Positions 28,827 through 39,112 of a DNA stretch of 49,261 bases are shown in pieces. Numbering within the stretch: the first letter of the stretch is position 1; each line of letters begins with the position of its first letter. This DNA comes from Promethearchaeota archaeon (GTDB taxonomy: Archaea > Asgardarchaeota > Lokiarchaeia > Sigyniarchaeales > SOKP01). The stretch spans positions 1-49,261 of the forward strand of contig RDOA01000025.1 in assembly GCA_011364925.1 (NCBI GenBank), written 5' to 3'. Position numbers and translations under genes: made by a program. The notes beneath the pieces are model-generated. The model had not been told where the DNA came from and made no database searches. It saw nothing but the letters and a program-made list of their open reading frames with translations.

Positions 28827-30248
28827 TTACTTCTTTTGCTTAACATTATAATTCCGCGTCAACATTCTAAGAGCTGAAACTGCTTGAACTGCCTCTTCGA
28901 TACTATGAAAAGCAGGAACATTTGAAAGCTCTAAAGATTCTATTATCAATCCATATTTTTGAATATAGGGGATAAAACACACTAACGGTTTTTTATCTGC
29001 TGTTACTCTATTTGCAATTTTCCTCCCAATCTGAAACGAGATTGAAGGAGTATATGGTAATATTAGAAGGATTATGCATTCAATGCGGTCAATACTTGAT
29101 AAATATTGAATTAAATTTTCTATATCTTCGTCCTTAGCAGAACCTGTAAGGTCGATAGGGTCGTTAAAGGATGCAATTTTACGCGCAACTGGATTTACTA
29201 ACTTCTTCATCTCTCTTTTTTCATCTTCTGTATATTCCACGCTTAATAGATTATATTTCTTAAGAAGATCAGCACATATGACGCCATGTCCTCCAGAAAT
29301 TGATAAAATTGCAACTTTTCCCTCTTTAATTGTATAATAATTAAAAGGTTTCTTTTTGTGAGAAAGAATCTCAAACAATTTTAAATCCGTTAGCATCTCC
29401 AACTCTGTTCTTGGTTGAATGATTAAGTTTTGTTTTAACGCGGCAGAGAGAATTCTATCATTTCCAGATAAACTCGCAGTATGGGACTTAGTTGCGCTCT
29501 TACCATGCTCGGATAATCCCCCAAAATAAGCTACAACGGTATCTTCTGACTCTCTTGCCAACTCGAGAAACCTTCTACTCGACTTAAAACCCTCCAAATA
29601 AAACGCAATGTTTAAAGTTTCTTTATCAACCTTACTAAAATATTCCAATAACATAGTCTCGTCAACTACCGCACGATTTCCGATCGAAACAGCAGTTGAG
29701 ACTCCTATATTAATTTCTTTGAATTTATGGAAGAATTGATCGACTAAAACACCTCCAGATTGACTGATTAGCGCAACGGTTCCTTTAGGAGGACGCGTAA
29801 TCCGCTCTGTAGGCATGAAAATCGTGTCTATTAGTGGAGGGGAATAAACCCCTATACAATTTGGTCCTAATACTGCAATTGCGTTATCATTTGCTATCTT
29901 CACTAATTTTTCTTGCCTTTTCATTCCTTCAGCCCCTATCTCAGCAAATCCACCCCCAATAATTATACAAGCAGGGATTCCTAAATCTGCGCAACTTTGT
30001 ACATATTCTAAAGTCGCGTCAGCAGAAATTGCAATTACTAAAACGTTAGGAATTTCGGGTAACTCATCCAATCTAGTGTATAAATTAACTCCATCAACTT
30101 CCCCTCCCTCTGGATGGATTCCATAAACTGTCACTTCCATTTCAAAAGCATTTTTTACAAAAATTATCCTTCCAGGACTTAGTGGATTCTTTTTACTAAT
30201 GCCCACTACTGCCATCGATTTTGGTTTAAATAAATTCTCTAAATTCAT
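28827..30248 (-). CDS. ADP-forming acyl-CoA synthetase alpha subunit (CoA-binding)
   Basis: LFKPKSMAVVG, GFAE, GPNCIG, ISQSGG, SIGN, SHTASLSG (phospho-His), DPIDLTG. Confidence 0.9.
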   Translation of the reverse strand: MNLENLFKPKSMAVVGISKKNPLSPGRIIFVKNAFEMEVTVYGIHPEGGEVDGVNLYTRLDELPEIPNVLVIAISADATLEYVQSCADLGIPACIIIGGGFAEIGAEGMKRQEKLVKIANDNAIAVLGPNCIGVYSPPLIDTIFMPTERITRPPKGTVALISQSGGVLVDQFFHKFKEINIGVSTAVSIGNRAVVDETMLLEYFSKVDKETLNIAFYLEGFKSSRRFLELARESEDTVVAYFGGLSEHGKSATKSHTASLSGNDRILSAALKQNLIIQPRTELEMLTDLKLFEILSHKKKPFNYYTIKEGKVAILSISGGHGVICADLLKKYNLLSVEYTEDEKREMKKLVNPVARKIASFNDPIDLTGSAKDEDIENLIQYLSSIDRIECIILLILPYTPSISFQIGRKIANRVTADKKPLVCFIPYIQKYGLIIESLELSNVPAFHSIEEAVQAVSALRMLTRNYNVKQKK

Positions 30249-30519
30249 AACGATCTACATTTTAAATTCAGTGATAAGTGAATTAAGTTTGACCTTTTTT
30301 AATATTTATCTTTTTAATTATTTAACTCTTTATTATTTCCTTCAAGGGTATTACCAATTAGGGTAGGAAATAAGAATTCTCTGTAATTTACTTTAAGAAC
30401 AATAGAATAAAATAACAGATTGATTAAAAACACAATAAAACATGTTCGCGTTTAACCTTATATACCTATTGGAATTATTAACTCATAATAGAATAAAATT
30501 TAGTTGAGATTAAATAAAT

Positions 30520-31056
30520 ATGTTACCAATCGGACCTTTAATGGCAGAACATCGTATCATTGAAAAAATGATCGCTTTAATGGAGCGTGAAATTGAAAAA
30601 ATGAAGGAGTATAATAAAGCCAACCCCCTTTTTATTGACACTGCGGTTGATTTTATTAGAATGTATGCCGATAGGACCCATCACGGAAAAGAAGAAGATA
30701 TTCTGTTTCGAGAACTTAAAAAAAAGAATTTATCCCCGAATCACTCCAAAATTATGGAAGAACTCATCGAAGAACATATCTGGGCAAGACAGAAGGTTAG
30801 CAAACTGATTGATGCCAAAAAATCCTATAGTAAAGGAAATGCTGGTGCTGTAAATGAAATTGTTAATCTGATGTCTGATTTAACTAATTTCTATCCACAA
30901 CATATAAAAAAAGAGGATAAAAACTTTTTTATACCCATCTTGAAATACTTCTCTGACGAAGAACAGGAAAGTATGCTCCAAGAGTTCTGGGATTTCGATA
31001 AAACTCTAATCCACGAAAAATATAAAAAAGTAGTCGAGGATCTTTCAAACAATTAG
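30520..31056 (+). CDS. hemerythrin (HHE) domain protein
   Basis: EHRII, HHGKEEDILF, EEH, HIKKED..F. Confidence 0.92.
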   Translation: MLPIGPLMAEHRIIEKMIALMEREIEKMKEYNKANPLFIDTAVDFIRMYADRTHHGKEEDILFRELKKKNLSPNHSKIMEELIEEHIWARQKVSKLIDAKKSYSKGNAGAVNEIVNLMSDLTNFYPQHIKKEDKNFFIPILKYFSDEEQESMLQEFWDFDKTLIHEKYKKVVEDLSNN

Positions 31057-31121
31057 AAGATTACTTAATCTACTCAAATTGAACAAATTAAAAAAAATTG
31101 ATATCTAAGAGTATTTATTGA

Positions 31122-31646
31122 TTACCACTTTTCCGTTAATTCATCGCGCATCATAGTTCTTACGTGATCAACTGCCCATAAAACAAATTTATTGCAGGTG
31201 GTTTCCCAAGTATTATTCTTTTGATATTCTTCTAAACCATCCGGATCGCTAAAATCGTAACCACACAACCCCGAGCAAACAACCGTTCCAAACTCCGCCT
31301 CGAAATCTGCTGCAAATTTTGCCGCGTTCATATAAGCGTTAAGAATCAATTCATTCGGCATCCGTTCTCTTCCACCTAAAATTACTCCCGTCGCAGCACA
31401 ACCTCCACACACAGCTCCACAAGCGCCTTGCCAGCCTTTCTTGGATTTATAACCTCCAAACCCACCCGCTAAGGGAATTATAAGGTTGTTAATAACTCCA
31501 TTTTTAATTCCTAATACTTCCAGCACGCTTGTCAATGTCAATTCAGCACAATTTGCACCATTCGTCATTTTAGGTAGCGTCTTTTCTAAGTCTTTAATTT
31601 TTTCATCAAACTTCCTATTTATATCCTGTTCCATAATCTCACTCAT
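31122..31646 (-). CDS. C-GCAxxG-C-C family putative redox protein
   Basis: NCAE, GFGG, CGAVCG, FGTVVCSGL, C-terminal Cys. Confidence 0.88.
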   Translation of the reverse strand: MSEIMEQDINRKFDEKIKDLEKTLPKMTNGANCAELTLTSVLEVLGIKNGVINNLIIPLAGGFGGYKSKKGWQGACGAVCGGCAATGVILGGRERMPNELILNAYMNAAKFAADFEAEFGTVVCSGLCGYDFSDPDGLEEYQKNNTWETTCNKFVLWAVDHVRTMMRDELTEKW

Positions 31647-31764
31647 TTTCTGTTAATTAAATTATAAATATTGGAAGTCTCATCAAGACTTATATCTTTA
31701 CATTTTTACAAGGGTTAATTCAATTCTAGAATTATAAAAAAAAGAGGAGCTAAATTTACTCCAA

Positions 31765-32856
31765 TTAAAAGTTTGATTTTTTCTTATTGATAATGAAAAT
31801 TATTCCGATGATGAAGCCCATGCTACCGAATAAAACGAGAAACACATCATATCCGGGTATTCCTGAAGGCGTTGGTAGACAACTCATAAGAGGGAATCGG
31901 TCTTGACTTCCGGCAATTCCCGTTATATTATATGGAACATCTCCTATTCCATCACCGTTCGCATCAGTCCCATTATAAGCGTCCCAATAATTTCCTCTCG
32001 CTCCATTGTCCCAAGTATTATCAAATCCATTATCGTTAGCATCCTCAGTGTTAGTGAAAAAACAATTCTCATAGAACCTGTTATCTCCACACAATGTACT
32101 AATGAATACTCCAAGAATAGAGCTGTTGGTAATGCGATTACCTCTCACTGTATTATTGTCTGAGAACGCGTCTATATTAATCCCTATGGTATTGTTATAA
32201 AAGTTGTTATCGGAGATGGTGTTAAATATAGTCGCTCCACCTAAGAAATATATCCCCGAGTCAAGATTATACGCAATTACATTATTCGATATCAAATTAT
32301 TCTTCGTAATTCCCATTGTCGATTCGACGATGATTCCGTAAAAACTACCTCTGGAAGCGTTATTATTTTGAACGACATTATAACTCGAATTAAACAGCCA
32401 TACTAAAGCTCCAGTAAACGCATGCATCCAATTTTTAGAAATGACTCCGTTCGTAGTGTTATATAGCCAGATCCCTGCCCAAGAAGAATGACCCTTAAAC
32501 TCACAATCTTTGATAACAAAATGCTTCCTTGAATTCATAATTGCCAGTTGATTCGTAGAGATAGTAGGTGCATTAAAGTAAATCTCTGAGATCACATAAG
32601 GATTTAATAGAGTGCCTGAGCCAGTACAATACCCTTGAGCTTTCGCCCAAGTCCAATTTATTGGGCTACCGGGTAAATCATTGATTACTAATGTCGTATT
32701 TATCTCAGTGAGAGCAGAGGTGTTCAATTTACTTGCTGGACTCTGTTTTCTATCGGAGCCAATAGGTGTTGAGATAAGGCTTAGAAACAGAGGCATACTA
32801 ACGCTTGAAACAATTAAAATAAAAATTATAGAAAATGTACTTTTTCGCATCTTCAT
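31765..32856 (-). CDS. secreted NosD/CASH right-handed beta-helix protein with Loki-CTERM-like anchor
   Basis: N-terminal signal/TM; G.GT..NPYVI; Asn-rich beta-helix repeats; GNYWD.Y.G.DANGDGIG..PY; IPGY-TM-KKK tail. Confidence 0.88.
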   Translation of the reverse strand: MKMRKSTFSIIFILIVSSVSMPLFLSLISTPIGSDRKQSPASKLNTSALTEINTTLVINDLPGSPINWTWAKAQGYCTGSGTLLNPYVISEIYFNAPTISTNQLAIMNSRKHFVIKDCEFKGHSSWAGIWLYNTTNGVISKNWMHAFTGALVWLFNSSYNVVQNNNASRGSFYGIIVESTMGITKNNLISNNVIAYNLDSGIYFLGGATIFNTISDNNFYNNTIGINIDAFSDNNTVRGNRITNSSILGVFISTLCGDNRFYENCFFTNTEDANDNGFDNTWDNGARGNYWDAYNGTDANGDGIGDVPYNITGIAGSQDRFPLMSCLPTPSGIPGYDVFLVLFGSMGFIIGIIFIINKKKSNF

Positions 32857-32970
32857 CTTCTTCGAAGTTAATGCTTGATTATAAAGTTATTAAAAATTTT
32901 TTTATTTATTATTATGTATCACTCGAAGAGTTTTACTAATTAAAAAAAAGGGGAGAATTATTTACTCCAT

Positions 32971-34068
32971 TTAAGCTTTTAAAATTTTCTTCTTTCTTAT
33001 CACAATAATTCCAATAATAGAGGCAATTCCTGCAATGAAAACGATAATTAGACTATATCCCGGGATTCCACTCGGAGTTGGTGGAGCAGGACACTTCATG
33101 AGGGGAAAGAGATCTTGACTCCCGGCACTTCCCGTGATATTATAAGGAATTTCACCTATACCATCGCTGTTTGCATCAGATCCTGTGTAATTATCCCAGT
33201 AATTTCCTTTCGCACCGTTATCCCAAAAGTTACCTAATCCATTGTCAATCGCATGAAGTGTATTTGTAATGAAACAATTTTCAAAGACTAAATTGTATTC
33301 ACTAAGAGTATTTAAAATTACACCTGTTACATAGCTATTCCTAATTACATTCCCTTTAATGGTGTTATTAGTTACAAATGAGTTAACATCAATCCCTAAT
33401 GTATTGTTACTAAAATCGTTATCAGATATAGTATTAAAAATGGAACCGATTCTAATCTGTACACCAGCGTCATTATTATTAGCGATTACATTGTCCGTAA
33501 CCACATTATCTCTAGAGATACCCCCCGCAGAATCAATTAATACACCATAATAAGAACCATAGGAAGCGTTATTGTTTCTAATAACATTGTCGCTCGAATT
33601 AAATACCCAAACAAGAGCTCCAGTATTTGGATGCATCATATTACCCGTAATAACTCCGTTCGTAGTGTTGGCTAATTCAATGCCGGCAAATTGACTGTGT
33701 CCCTTAAACTCACAATTTCTTACAATAAAATGCTTTCTTGAGTCAATAATCGTTAAACTATTATAACCAGCTAAGGATGTGTTGAAAAATTTTCCCGAAA
33801 TGATGTAGGGGTTAACTACTGTACCTAAACCCGTACAATACCCTTGATCCTTTGCCCATGTCCAATTTAAAGGACTACCGGGAAGATCATCGATGATAAT
33901 TGTCGTGTTTATCTCCGTGAGAGCAGAGGTGTTCAAATTACTTACCTCACTTTGCGCTCTATCGAAATTCCTAGCAGTTGAGATAAGCATAGGAAATATT
34001 GGCGTGATAAGACTCGAAATAAATAATATTAATAGTATTGAAAATGTTGTCTTTCGCATCTTAATCAT
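32971..34068 (-). CDS. secreted NosD/CASH beta-helix protein with Loki-CTERM-like anchor (tandem paralog)
   Basis: Collinear with 31765..32856 (LNTSALTEINTT, DLPGSP.NWTWAK.QGYCTG, GNYWD); IPGY-TM-RKKK tail. Confidence 0.88.
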   Translation of the reverse strand: MIKMRKTTFSILLILFISSLITPIFPMLISTARNFDRAQSEVSNLNTSALTEINTTIIIDDLPGSPLNWTWAKDQGYCTGLGTVVNPYIISGKFFNTSLAGYNSLTIIDSRKHFIVRNCEFKGHSQFAGIELANTTNGVITGNMMHPNTGALVWVFNSSDNVIRNNNASYGSYYGVLIDSAGGISRDNVVTDNVIANNNDAGVQIRIGSIFNTISDNDFSNNTLGIDVNSFVTNNTIKGNVIRNSYVTGVILNTLSEYNLVFENCFITNTLHAIDNGLGNFWDNGAKGNYWDNYTGSDANSDGIGEIPYNITGSAGSQDLFPLMKCPAPPTPSGIPGYSLIIVFIAGIASIIGIIVIRKKKILKA

Positions 34069-34283
34069 TTTTTAAGTTTAAGTGTGAATGTAAAGTACTT
34101 AAAAATCTACTTATTTATTATTATGTTTCTCTTTACTTGCATTTTTAACAAAAATGAGGAAACTATTAATGATATTATAAGGAAGATTAAAATCCAAAGA
34201 CTATAATAATAGAGTTATTATTATACTTAGGATAATATAACTATAAAAAGAATTAAGAAAGAAATCACACTAAAGGTGTTTTT

Positions 34284-36410
34284 ATGGAGTACGATGAAAA
34301 AGATGAAGAACTCTCTGATGAAGAACTGCTAGAAAAAGAAGTTCGTGAATTAGAAAGATTGGATAAGGAAATACGAGAAAGAGAAAGATTACAACGGGAA
34401 ACACTTAAACAAAAACCATTGGAACAAGAACCATTGGAACAAGAAATTTTGGAACAAGAGAGATTGGAACAAGAAAGACTGGAACAAGAGAGACTGGAAC
34501 AAGAGAGACTGGAACAAGAGAGACTGGAACAAGAAAGATTGGAACAAGAAAGACTGGAGAGAGAGAGACTAGAAAGGGAAAGGATTGAACGAGAGAGACT
34601 AGAGAAACTAATATTGGAGAGTAAGTTATATCCAAATAATTCGCTTTTCATTATTCCAAGTTGGGGAGCTTTACTAGGGTATCCCACTTTAGGGACTTAT
34701 GTTCACCATCCCGTCTCGAAAATCGAAACCGATATTGTTATCTTTTTTAGTGGCTATGATTATTCAATTGAAACGACAAAGGGAAGGCTTTATTACTTAT
34801 TCGGTTTGGGATATCACTACCTCAAGTTTGAATTAGAATCTGGGAAATACGTGACCGATAATAGAATCCTAACGGGATTAATTTTACCAGATTTTGTATA
34901 CGATCATATGGCTACTTCGTCAAACATCACTTTAGAAGAAGACCCGGATGTAATTATCGCAGAGAAAGTGATTAAAGTACCAATCAATTTATCTAATAAA
35001 CCCGAGAATCACTTAACTTTTATAAAAGGCGCTTTAATGAGGAATGTGTTCATTCCAAATAAAGATATTATTTTAGAGATGATGGATACGATTCGTCAAA
35101 CCGATTCTTATTTGGTCTCAAGCTATGGGCATCAGCTATTAAGTTCACATTGGGACGAGTATAACCAGATTTTGGTTTCTGAAAAAATGAGACCCAAAGC
35201 TGAGTCTTCTTACTTCCATCCAACCGCTGGGCTAGAAGGAATTAATTTTAAAGCTGACGAAATATTAGACGAAACGATTTCAACCATTAATCTGAGCATT
35301 ATTGAAGACAATATCAAAACTTTAAAAGATGTTTATGCTAACCTCGAGTTTGACCCGATGTATCTCTTTTCAATATTAGAAAAAGCGTCGTCTAAACTTG
35401 GTTCAGATACTCCAATATATTCGAGACAGAGAGATAGCTTAGGTAAAACAAAATCAAAAGAATCTATTTTTGTTTCAGCAGAAGAACACCTGTTTGAATT
35501 CAAAAGTTGGCCAAGTGAATTCCCGAGAAAGGCAAAGAAAGAGCCAATTCCTTTACCTAAAATAGTAGAACAACCTTCGTACCAAGAAATCAAAGAAAGA
35601 CCAAGCTATAATATCGAAACCAAAGGCGCCAGAGACCTTGAACATGAAAGCTTCGAACTAGATAGTTTAAAATCCAAAAAAGTTGAATTTAAACCTTTAC
35701 CGTCTCCACCAACAGCAGAAATTAAGACTATTTTATATTACTTAAAAAATGTAATCGAAGGCGATTACGAAATGAAATCTCTTGGACAAGCGTTTGAAAT
35801 TGCAAGAGAAAGCGTACGACAAATCGGCGTAAGCGCTACCACTTTACATCAGAAAAAAGTTTGGGAGATGAGTAAATACGCAAATATTTACGAAAAGAAA
35901 GATCCTGGTTTTGCTTTACCATTAAAAGAAAAATCGGAATTAATTCAAAAAGTTGACGAGTGGATTTTTGAAATTGAAGAAGCTGAGAGACTGGAAAGAG
36001 AAAGACTAGAAAAAGCTCGTTTAGAGAAAGAACGATTGGAACGACTAGAACGAGAGAGAATAGAGAGAGAAAAACGAGAACAAGAAAGACTAGAAGCAGA
36101 ACGGTTAGAGAAGATTCGTATCGAAAAGGAACGAGAAGAACAAGAACGATTGAAACGAGAAGAGCTTGACAGAATTGAAAGAGAGAAACAAGAGGAACTA
36201 AGACTAGAGAAGGAACGATTAGATAAAGAACGAGAAGAACAAGAAGCCCTTGAAAAAGAAAAGTTAGAACTTGAAAGATTGAAACAAGAAAGAAAGGAAA
36301 AAGCAAAAGCAGCGAAAAAGGAAGCTAAAAAGCGAAAGAAATTAGAGAAACAGAAGAAAAAGATCGAGAAAAAGAAGTTAAAAGAACAAAAAAAGTTAAA
36401 GAACCTCTGA
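34284..36410 (+). CDS. 708-aa hypothetical protein with N-terminal EQERL repeats, globular core and C-terminal ER/K-rich helix
   Basis: Long ORF; charged repeats at both ends flank about 450 aa of normal-complexity sequence. Confidence 0.85.
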   Translation: MEYDEKDEELSDEELLEKEVRELERLDKEIRERERLQRETLKQKPLEQEPLEQEILEQERLEQERLEQERLEQERLEQERLEQERLEQERLERERLERERIERERLEKLILESKLYPNNSLFIIPSWGALLGYPTLGTYVHHPVSKIETDIVIFFSGYDYSIETTKGRLYYLFGLGYHYLKFELESGKYVTDNRILTGLILPDFVYDHMATSSNITLEEDPDVIIAEKVIKVPINLSNKPENHLTFIKGALMRNVFIPNKDIILEMMDTIRQTDSYLVSSYGHQLLSSHWDEYNQILVSEKMRPKAESSYFHPTAGLEGINFKADEILDETISTINLSIIEDNIKTLKDVYANLEFDPMYLFSILEKASSKLGSDTPIYSRQRDSLGKTKSKESIFVSAEEHLFEFKSWPSEFPRKAKKEPIPLPKIVEQPSYQEIKERPSYNIETKGARDLEHESFELDSLKSKKVEFKPLPSPPTAEIKTILYYLKNVIEGDYEMKSLGQAFEIARESVRQIGVSATTLHQKKVWEMSKYANIYEKKDPGFALPLKEKSELIQKVDEWIFEIEEAERLERERLEKARLEKERLERLERERIEREKREQERLEAERLEKIRIEKEREEQERLKREELDRIEREKQEELRLEKERLDKEREEQEALEKEKLELERLKQERKEKAKAAKKEAKKRKKLEKQKKKIEKKKLKEQKKLKNL
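34421..34600 (+). repeat. 15-bp coding tandem repeat (GGAACAAGARAGAYT), about 12 units
   Basis: GGAACAAG recurs every 15 nt from 34421 to 34541 (9 units), followed by three ERERL/I variants. Confidence 0.92.
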
Positions 36411-36448
36411 AAATCATACTAGTTACACTAAAAATAATCAGCAACTTA

Positions 36449-36469
36449 ATAGCTCTAAATAAGAGCTAT
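36449..36469. terminator. 8-bp hairpin between convergent genes
   Basis: ATAGCTCT-AAATA-AGAGCTAT between the stops at 36410 (+) and 36481 (-). Confidence 0.4.
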
Positions 36470-36480
36470 AGCATATATTT

Positions 36481-37506
36481 TTATTCTTCTACTTCTACTT
36501 TTTGCCTTCTTCGAAAATAGACGAGATAAATTGTCAGAAATACCACAAATCCAACCGCTATTGATGTATAAATAATTATCCCACTAAATGGAGTCAATTC
36601 AGTTGGGGAGCCAGGATATATGTCAACCGAATTCGCAGGACCATCAATTTCATATGGACCAATCCCAAAATAATCAGACCACGCATTTCCATAATAACTT
36701 CTACTATCGTACCACCTATTGTTGGATCCTTCGTCGTATCCCTGACTAGAAGGACTCCCCTTAGGAATGCCGTCAATTTCATATGTGTCAGACCAGGCGT
36801 TTTCTTCAAAGATGTTGTGGTGGATTTCATTGTTACTCGATGTACCTACTAACGCAACACCGTGCTCCTTCGAGTTCCTGATCCGGTTATGCGTAATGAG
36901 ATTCGAATCCGAATAGCGAATGTTAATCCCTTGGTAATTACTATCGTAGATGTAATTATAATAGATTATACAGTTATTTACATTATTCAGATGAATTCCT
37001 TGCATGAAGTTTGTACAAACATTTTTGATCACAGTACAGTTTCGCATGTCCCCCAAACCAATACCGCCGCCGTCTCCAGTTAGTGAAACTATTATGTTAC
37101 TTATAATTTTCGAGGTTCCGCCTGTTACATTATTTAATAGAATCCCTACCCAATCCGAATATATTACAGACCCATTAATGACAAAAAACAAGTTGGTATT
37201 CCTTATTTCAATCCCCACTGCATTTACACCCTGCGATGTGATATTGTATCCTTCAATAATAAACGGGTCCCCTCTCGTTCCCGTCCCGCTAAAATTGTAG
37301 CTTCCAAAAGCTCCATTATTAGTGATAACAATCGGAGGGTGGACAAGAAAACTCTGAGAAGTTGAAGGAACTTTTAATATATTCTTATCTGTAGAAGTGG
37401 AATCCAGCTTTAGTTCAGTCAGACTGCCCTTAAAAGCGCTTCCAATAATCATTAATAATATTATCAAAATAACGCATTTACCTAAATTTCTTACTCGCAC
37501 TTTCAT
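36481..37506 (-). CDS. secreted, C-terminally membrane-anchored NosD/CASH beta-helix protein
   Basis: Signal peptide; HPPIVIT, GTGTRGDPFIIEGYNI; beta-helix repeats; GNAWSDY; TM followed by RRRQK. Confidence 0.85.
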   Translation of the reverse strand: MKVRVRNLGKCVILIILLMIIGSAFKGSLTELKLDSTSTDKNILKVPSTSQSFLVHPPIVITNNGAFGSYNFSGTGTRGDPFIIEGYNITSQGVNAVGIEIRNTNLFFVINGSVIYSDWVGILLNNVTGGTSKIISNIIVSLTGDGGGIGLGDMRNCTVIKNVCTNFMQGIHLNNVNNCIIYYNYIYDSNYQGINIRYSDSNLITHNRIRNSKEHGVALVGTSSNNEIHHNIFEENAWSDTYEIDGIPKGSPSSQGYDEGSNNRWYDSRSYYGNAWSDYFGIGPYEIDGPANSVDIYPGSPTELTPFSGIIIYTSIAVGFVVFLTIYLVYFRRRQKVEVEE

Positions 37507-37630
37507 TCTCCCTTTACCAATAGCTTAATATTCTATTATTTATGTCACTTTAAAAATTGTCTTATTTGAAAACTTAATGAGAGAGGACAGATGCCGCAAA
37601 CTTAAATTATTAACAACACATCTATCTAAT

Positions 37631-38071
37631 ATGAATCGAAGTCCAGTCAATAAGAAAGTGAAACTAAAAATTTACACCGATGGGGCTGCACGCGGTAATC
37701 CCGGACCCGCAGCTAGTGCATTTATATTTGTTCGTGATGGAACCGTTGCCCATGAGGAATGTGAGTTCATTGGGACTACAACAAACAACACTGCCGAATA
37801 TAGAGCAATAATTAACGCATTGAAAGCTGCTGAGAGCTTTTCGCGGGGGCACCTTCAAGTGTACTCCGATAGCAACTTAGCAATACAGCAAATCAATAAG
37901 AAGTGGAAAATAAATTATCCACACTTATCGAAACTATGTGCAGAAGTGGATAAATTAAGCGAAAAATACGAAAGGGTTGAGTTTTTTCATGTCGGACGGA
38001 ATAATCCTTACATCCAAAAATGCGATAAACTGTGTAATGAACGGTTAGATGCTGAAGGATTTAAAAATTAA
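37631..38071 (+). CDS. rnhA: ribonuclease HI
   Basis: YTDGAARGNPG, TNNTAEY, YSDS.L, HVGR.N....D. The start may be 37577, 37631 or GTG 37658. Confidence 0.93.
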   Translation: MNRSPVNKKVKLKIYTDGAARGNPGPAASAFIFVRDGTVAHEECEFIGTTTNNTAEYRAIINALKAAESFSRGHLQVYSDSNLAIQQINKKWKINYPHLSKLCAEVDKLSEKYERVEFFHVGRNNPYIQKCDKLCNERLDAEGFKN

Positions 38072-38137
38072 CTTTTTTAATGCATAGACTTTAAATAAAC
38101 ACCTTTTTTTCAGTTACCCAACTTACAAATCAAATTA

Positions 38138-39112
38138 TTGGTAATGAATTTGGCTGAATCCGTTGTTGAATTTAAAGACGTAAAAAAATCATATAAGGAC
38201 GTACAGGCTCTGAAAGGCATTTCATTTAGTATTCGAAAAGGCGAAATATTTGGATATCTTGGACCAAATGGAGCGGGGAAGACAACTACAATAAAAATAT
38301 TAGTCGGTTTAATTCGTAAATATAGTGGCTCAATCTTTATAGATGGTGAACCAATTGACTACGGAGAACACGGATTTCACCGTATTCTTGGTTACTTACC
38401 CCAAGATGTAGGTTTTCAAGAATGGAGGACCGTAGAACACGCACTTAAAACATTTGGTAAACTATCGGGGTTAGATTCGAAGTTTATTAGGGAACACATC
38501 CCTAATGTATTAGAACTTGTCACCCTTGAAGACGTGCGTAAAAAGAAAATTAGCAAGCTTTCAGGAGGAATGAAGCAAAAACTCTTGCTCGCTCAAGCCA
38601 TGCTTCACGATCCGGAAATTCTCGTTCTTGACGAGCCAATGACGGGATTAGATCCTCTCTCAAGGTTCCAATTAAAAAAAGTATTTAAACGGTTATCTAA
38701 GGATGAAGGAAAGACTTTATTTTTTTCAAGTCATGTGCTAAGCGATGTTGAAGGCATCTGTAACACATTAGGGGTTTTGGATTATGGAAAAATTATTAAA
38801 ATAAGCAACCCAAAAGATTTAGAGGAAGAATACAGGCTTTTAATGGGAGATATTGTCGAGGTCAAGTATTTCAATGACGCCCCAATAGTGAAGGATGTCG
38901 AAGATTTAGACGTCGTAGAAAAAGTAGAAGTCACAGATGACAAACGACATTTAATTTATTTTAAATCTGGGGGAAATTTAGACGAAAAAATCTCGAAAGC
39001 GCTTTCCATTTTGGTAGAACATGGATCAAAGATTCGAAATTTCAACTTAGTATCGCCGAGTCTTGATGATGTCTACGTTCAATTAATTGGAGGTGAACAG
39101 CGATTAGCTTAG
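38138..39112 (+). CDS. ABC-2 type transporter ATP-binding protein
   Basis: GPNGAGKTT, LSGGMKQK, LVLDEP, SSH, PSLDDVY. Confidence 0.95.
   Translation: MVMNLAESVVEFKDVKKSYKDVQALKGISFSIRKGEIFGYLGPNGAGKTTTIKILVGLIRKYSGSIFIDGEPIDYGEHGFHRILGYLPQDVGFQEWRTVEHALKTFGKLSGLDSKFIREHIPNVLELVTLEDVRKKKISKLSGGMKQKLLLAQAMLHDPEILVLDEPMTGLDPLSRFQLKKVFKRLSKDEGKTLFFSSHVLSDVEGICNTLGVLDYGKIIKISNPKDLEEEYRLLMGDIVEVKYFNDAPIVKDVEDLDVVEKVEVTDDKRHLIYFKSGGNLDEKISKALSILVEHGSKIRNFNLVSPSLDDVYVQLIGGEQRLA

Noticed and set aside
34421-34600. Repeat array as a CRISPR
   Set aside because: The 15-bp units are contiguous, in-frame and have no spacers; no cas genes are present.
34265-34687. Minus-strand ORF with SCSSL repeats; also 34405..34635 and 35836..36306
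   Set aside because: These are antisense shadows of the EQERL and ER/K repeats of the 708-aa gene.
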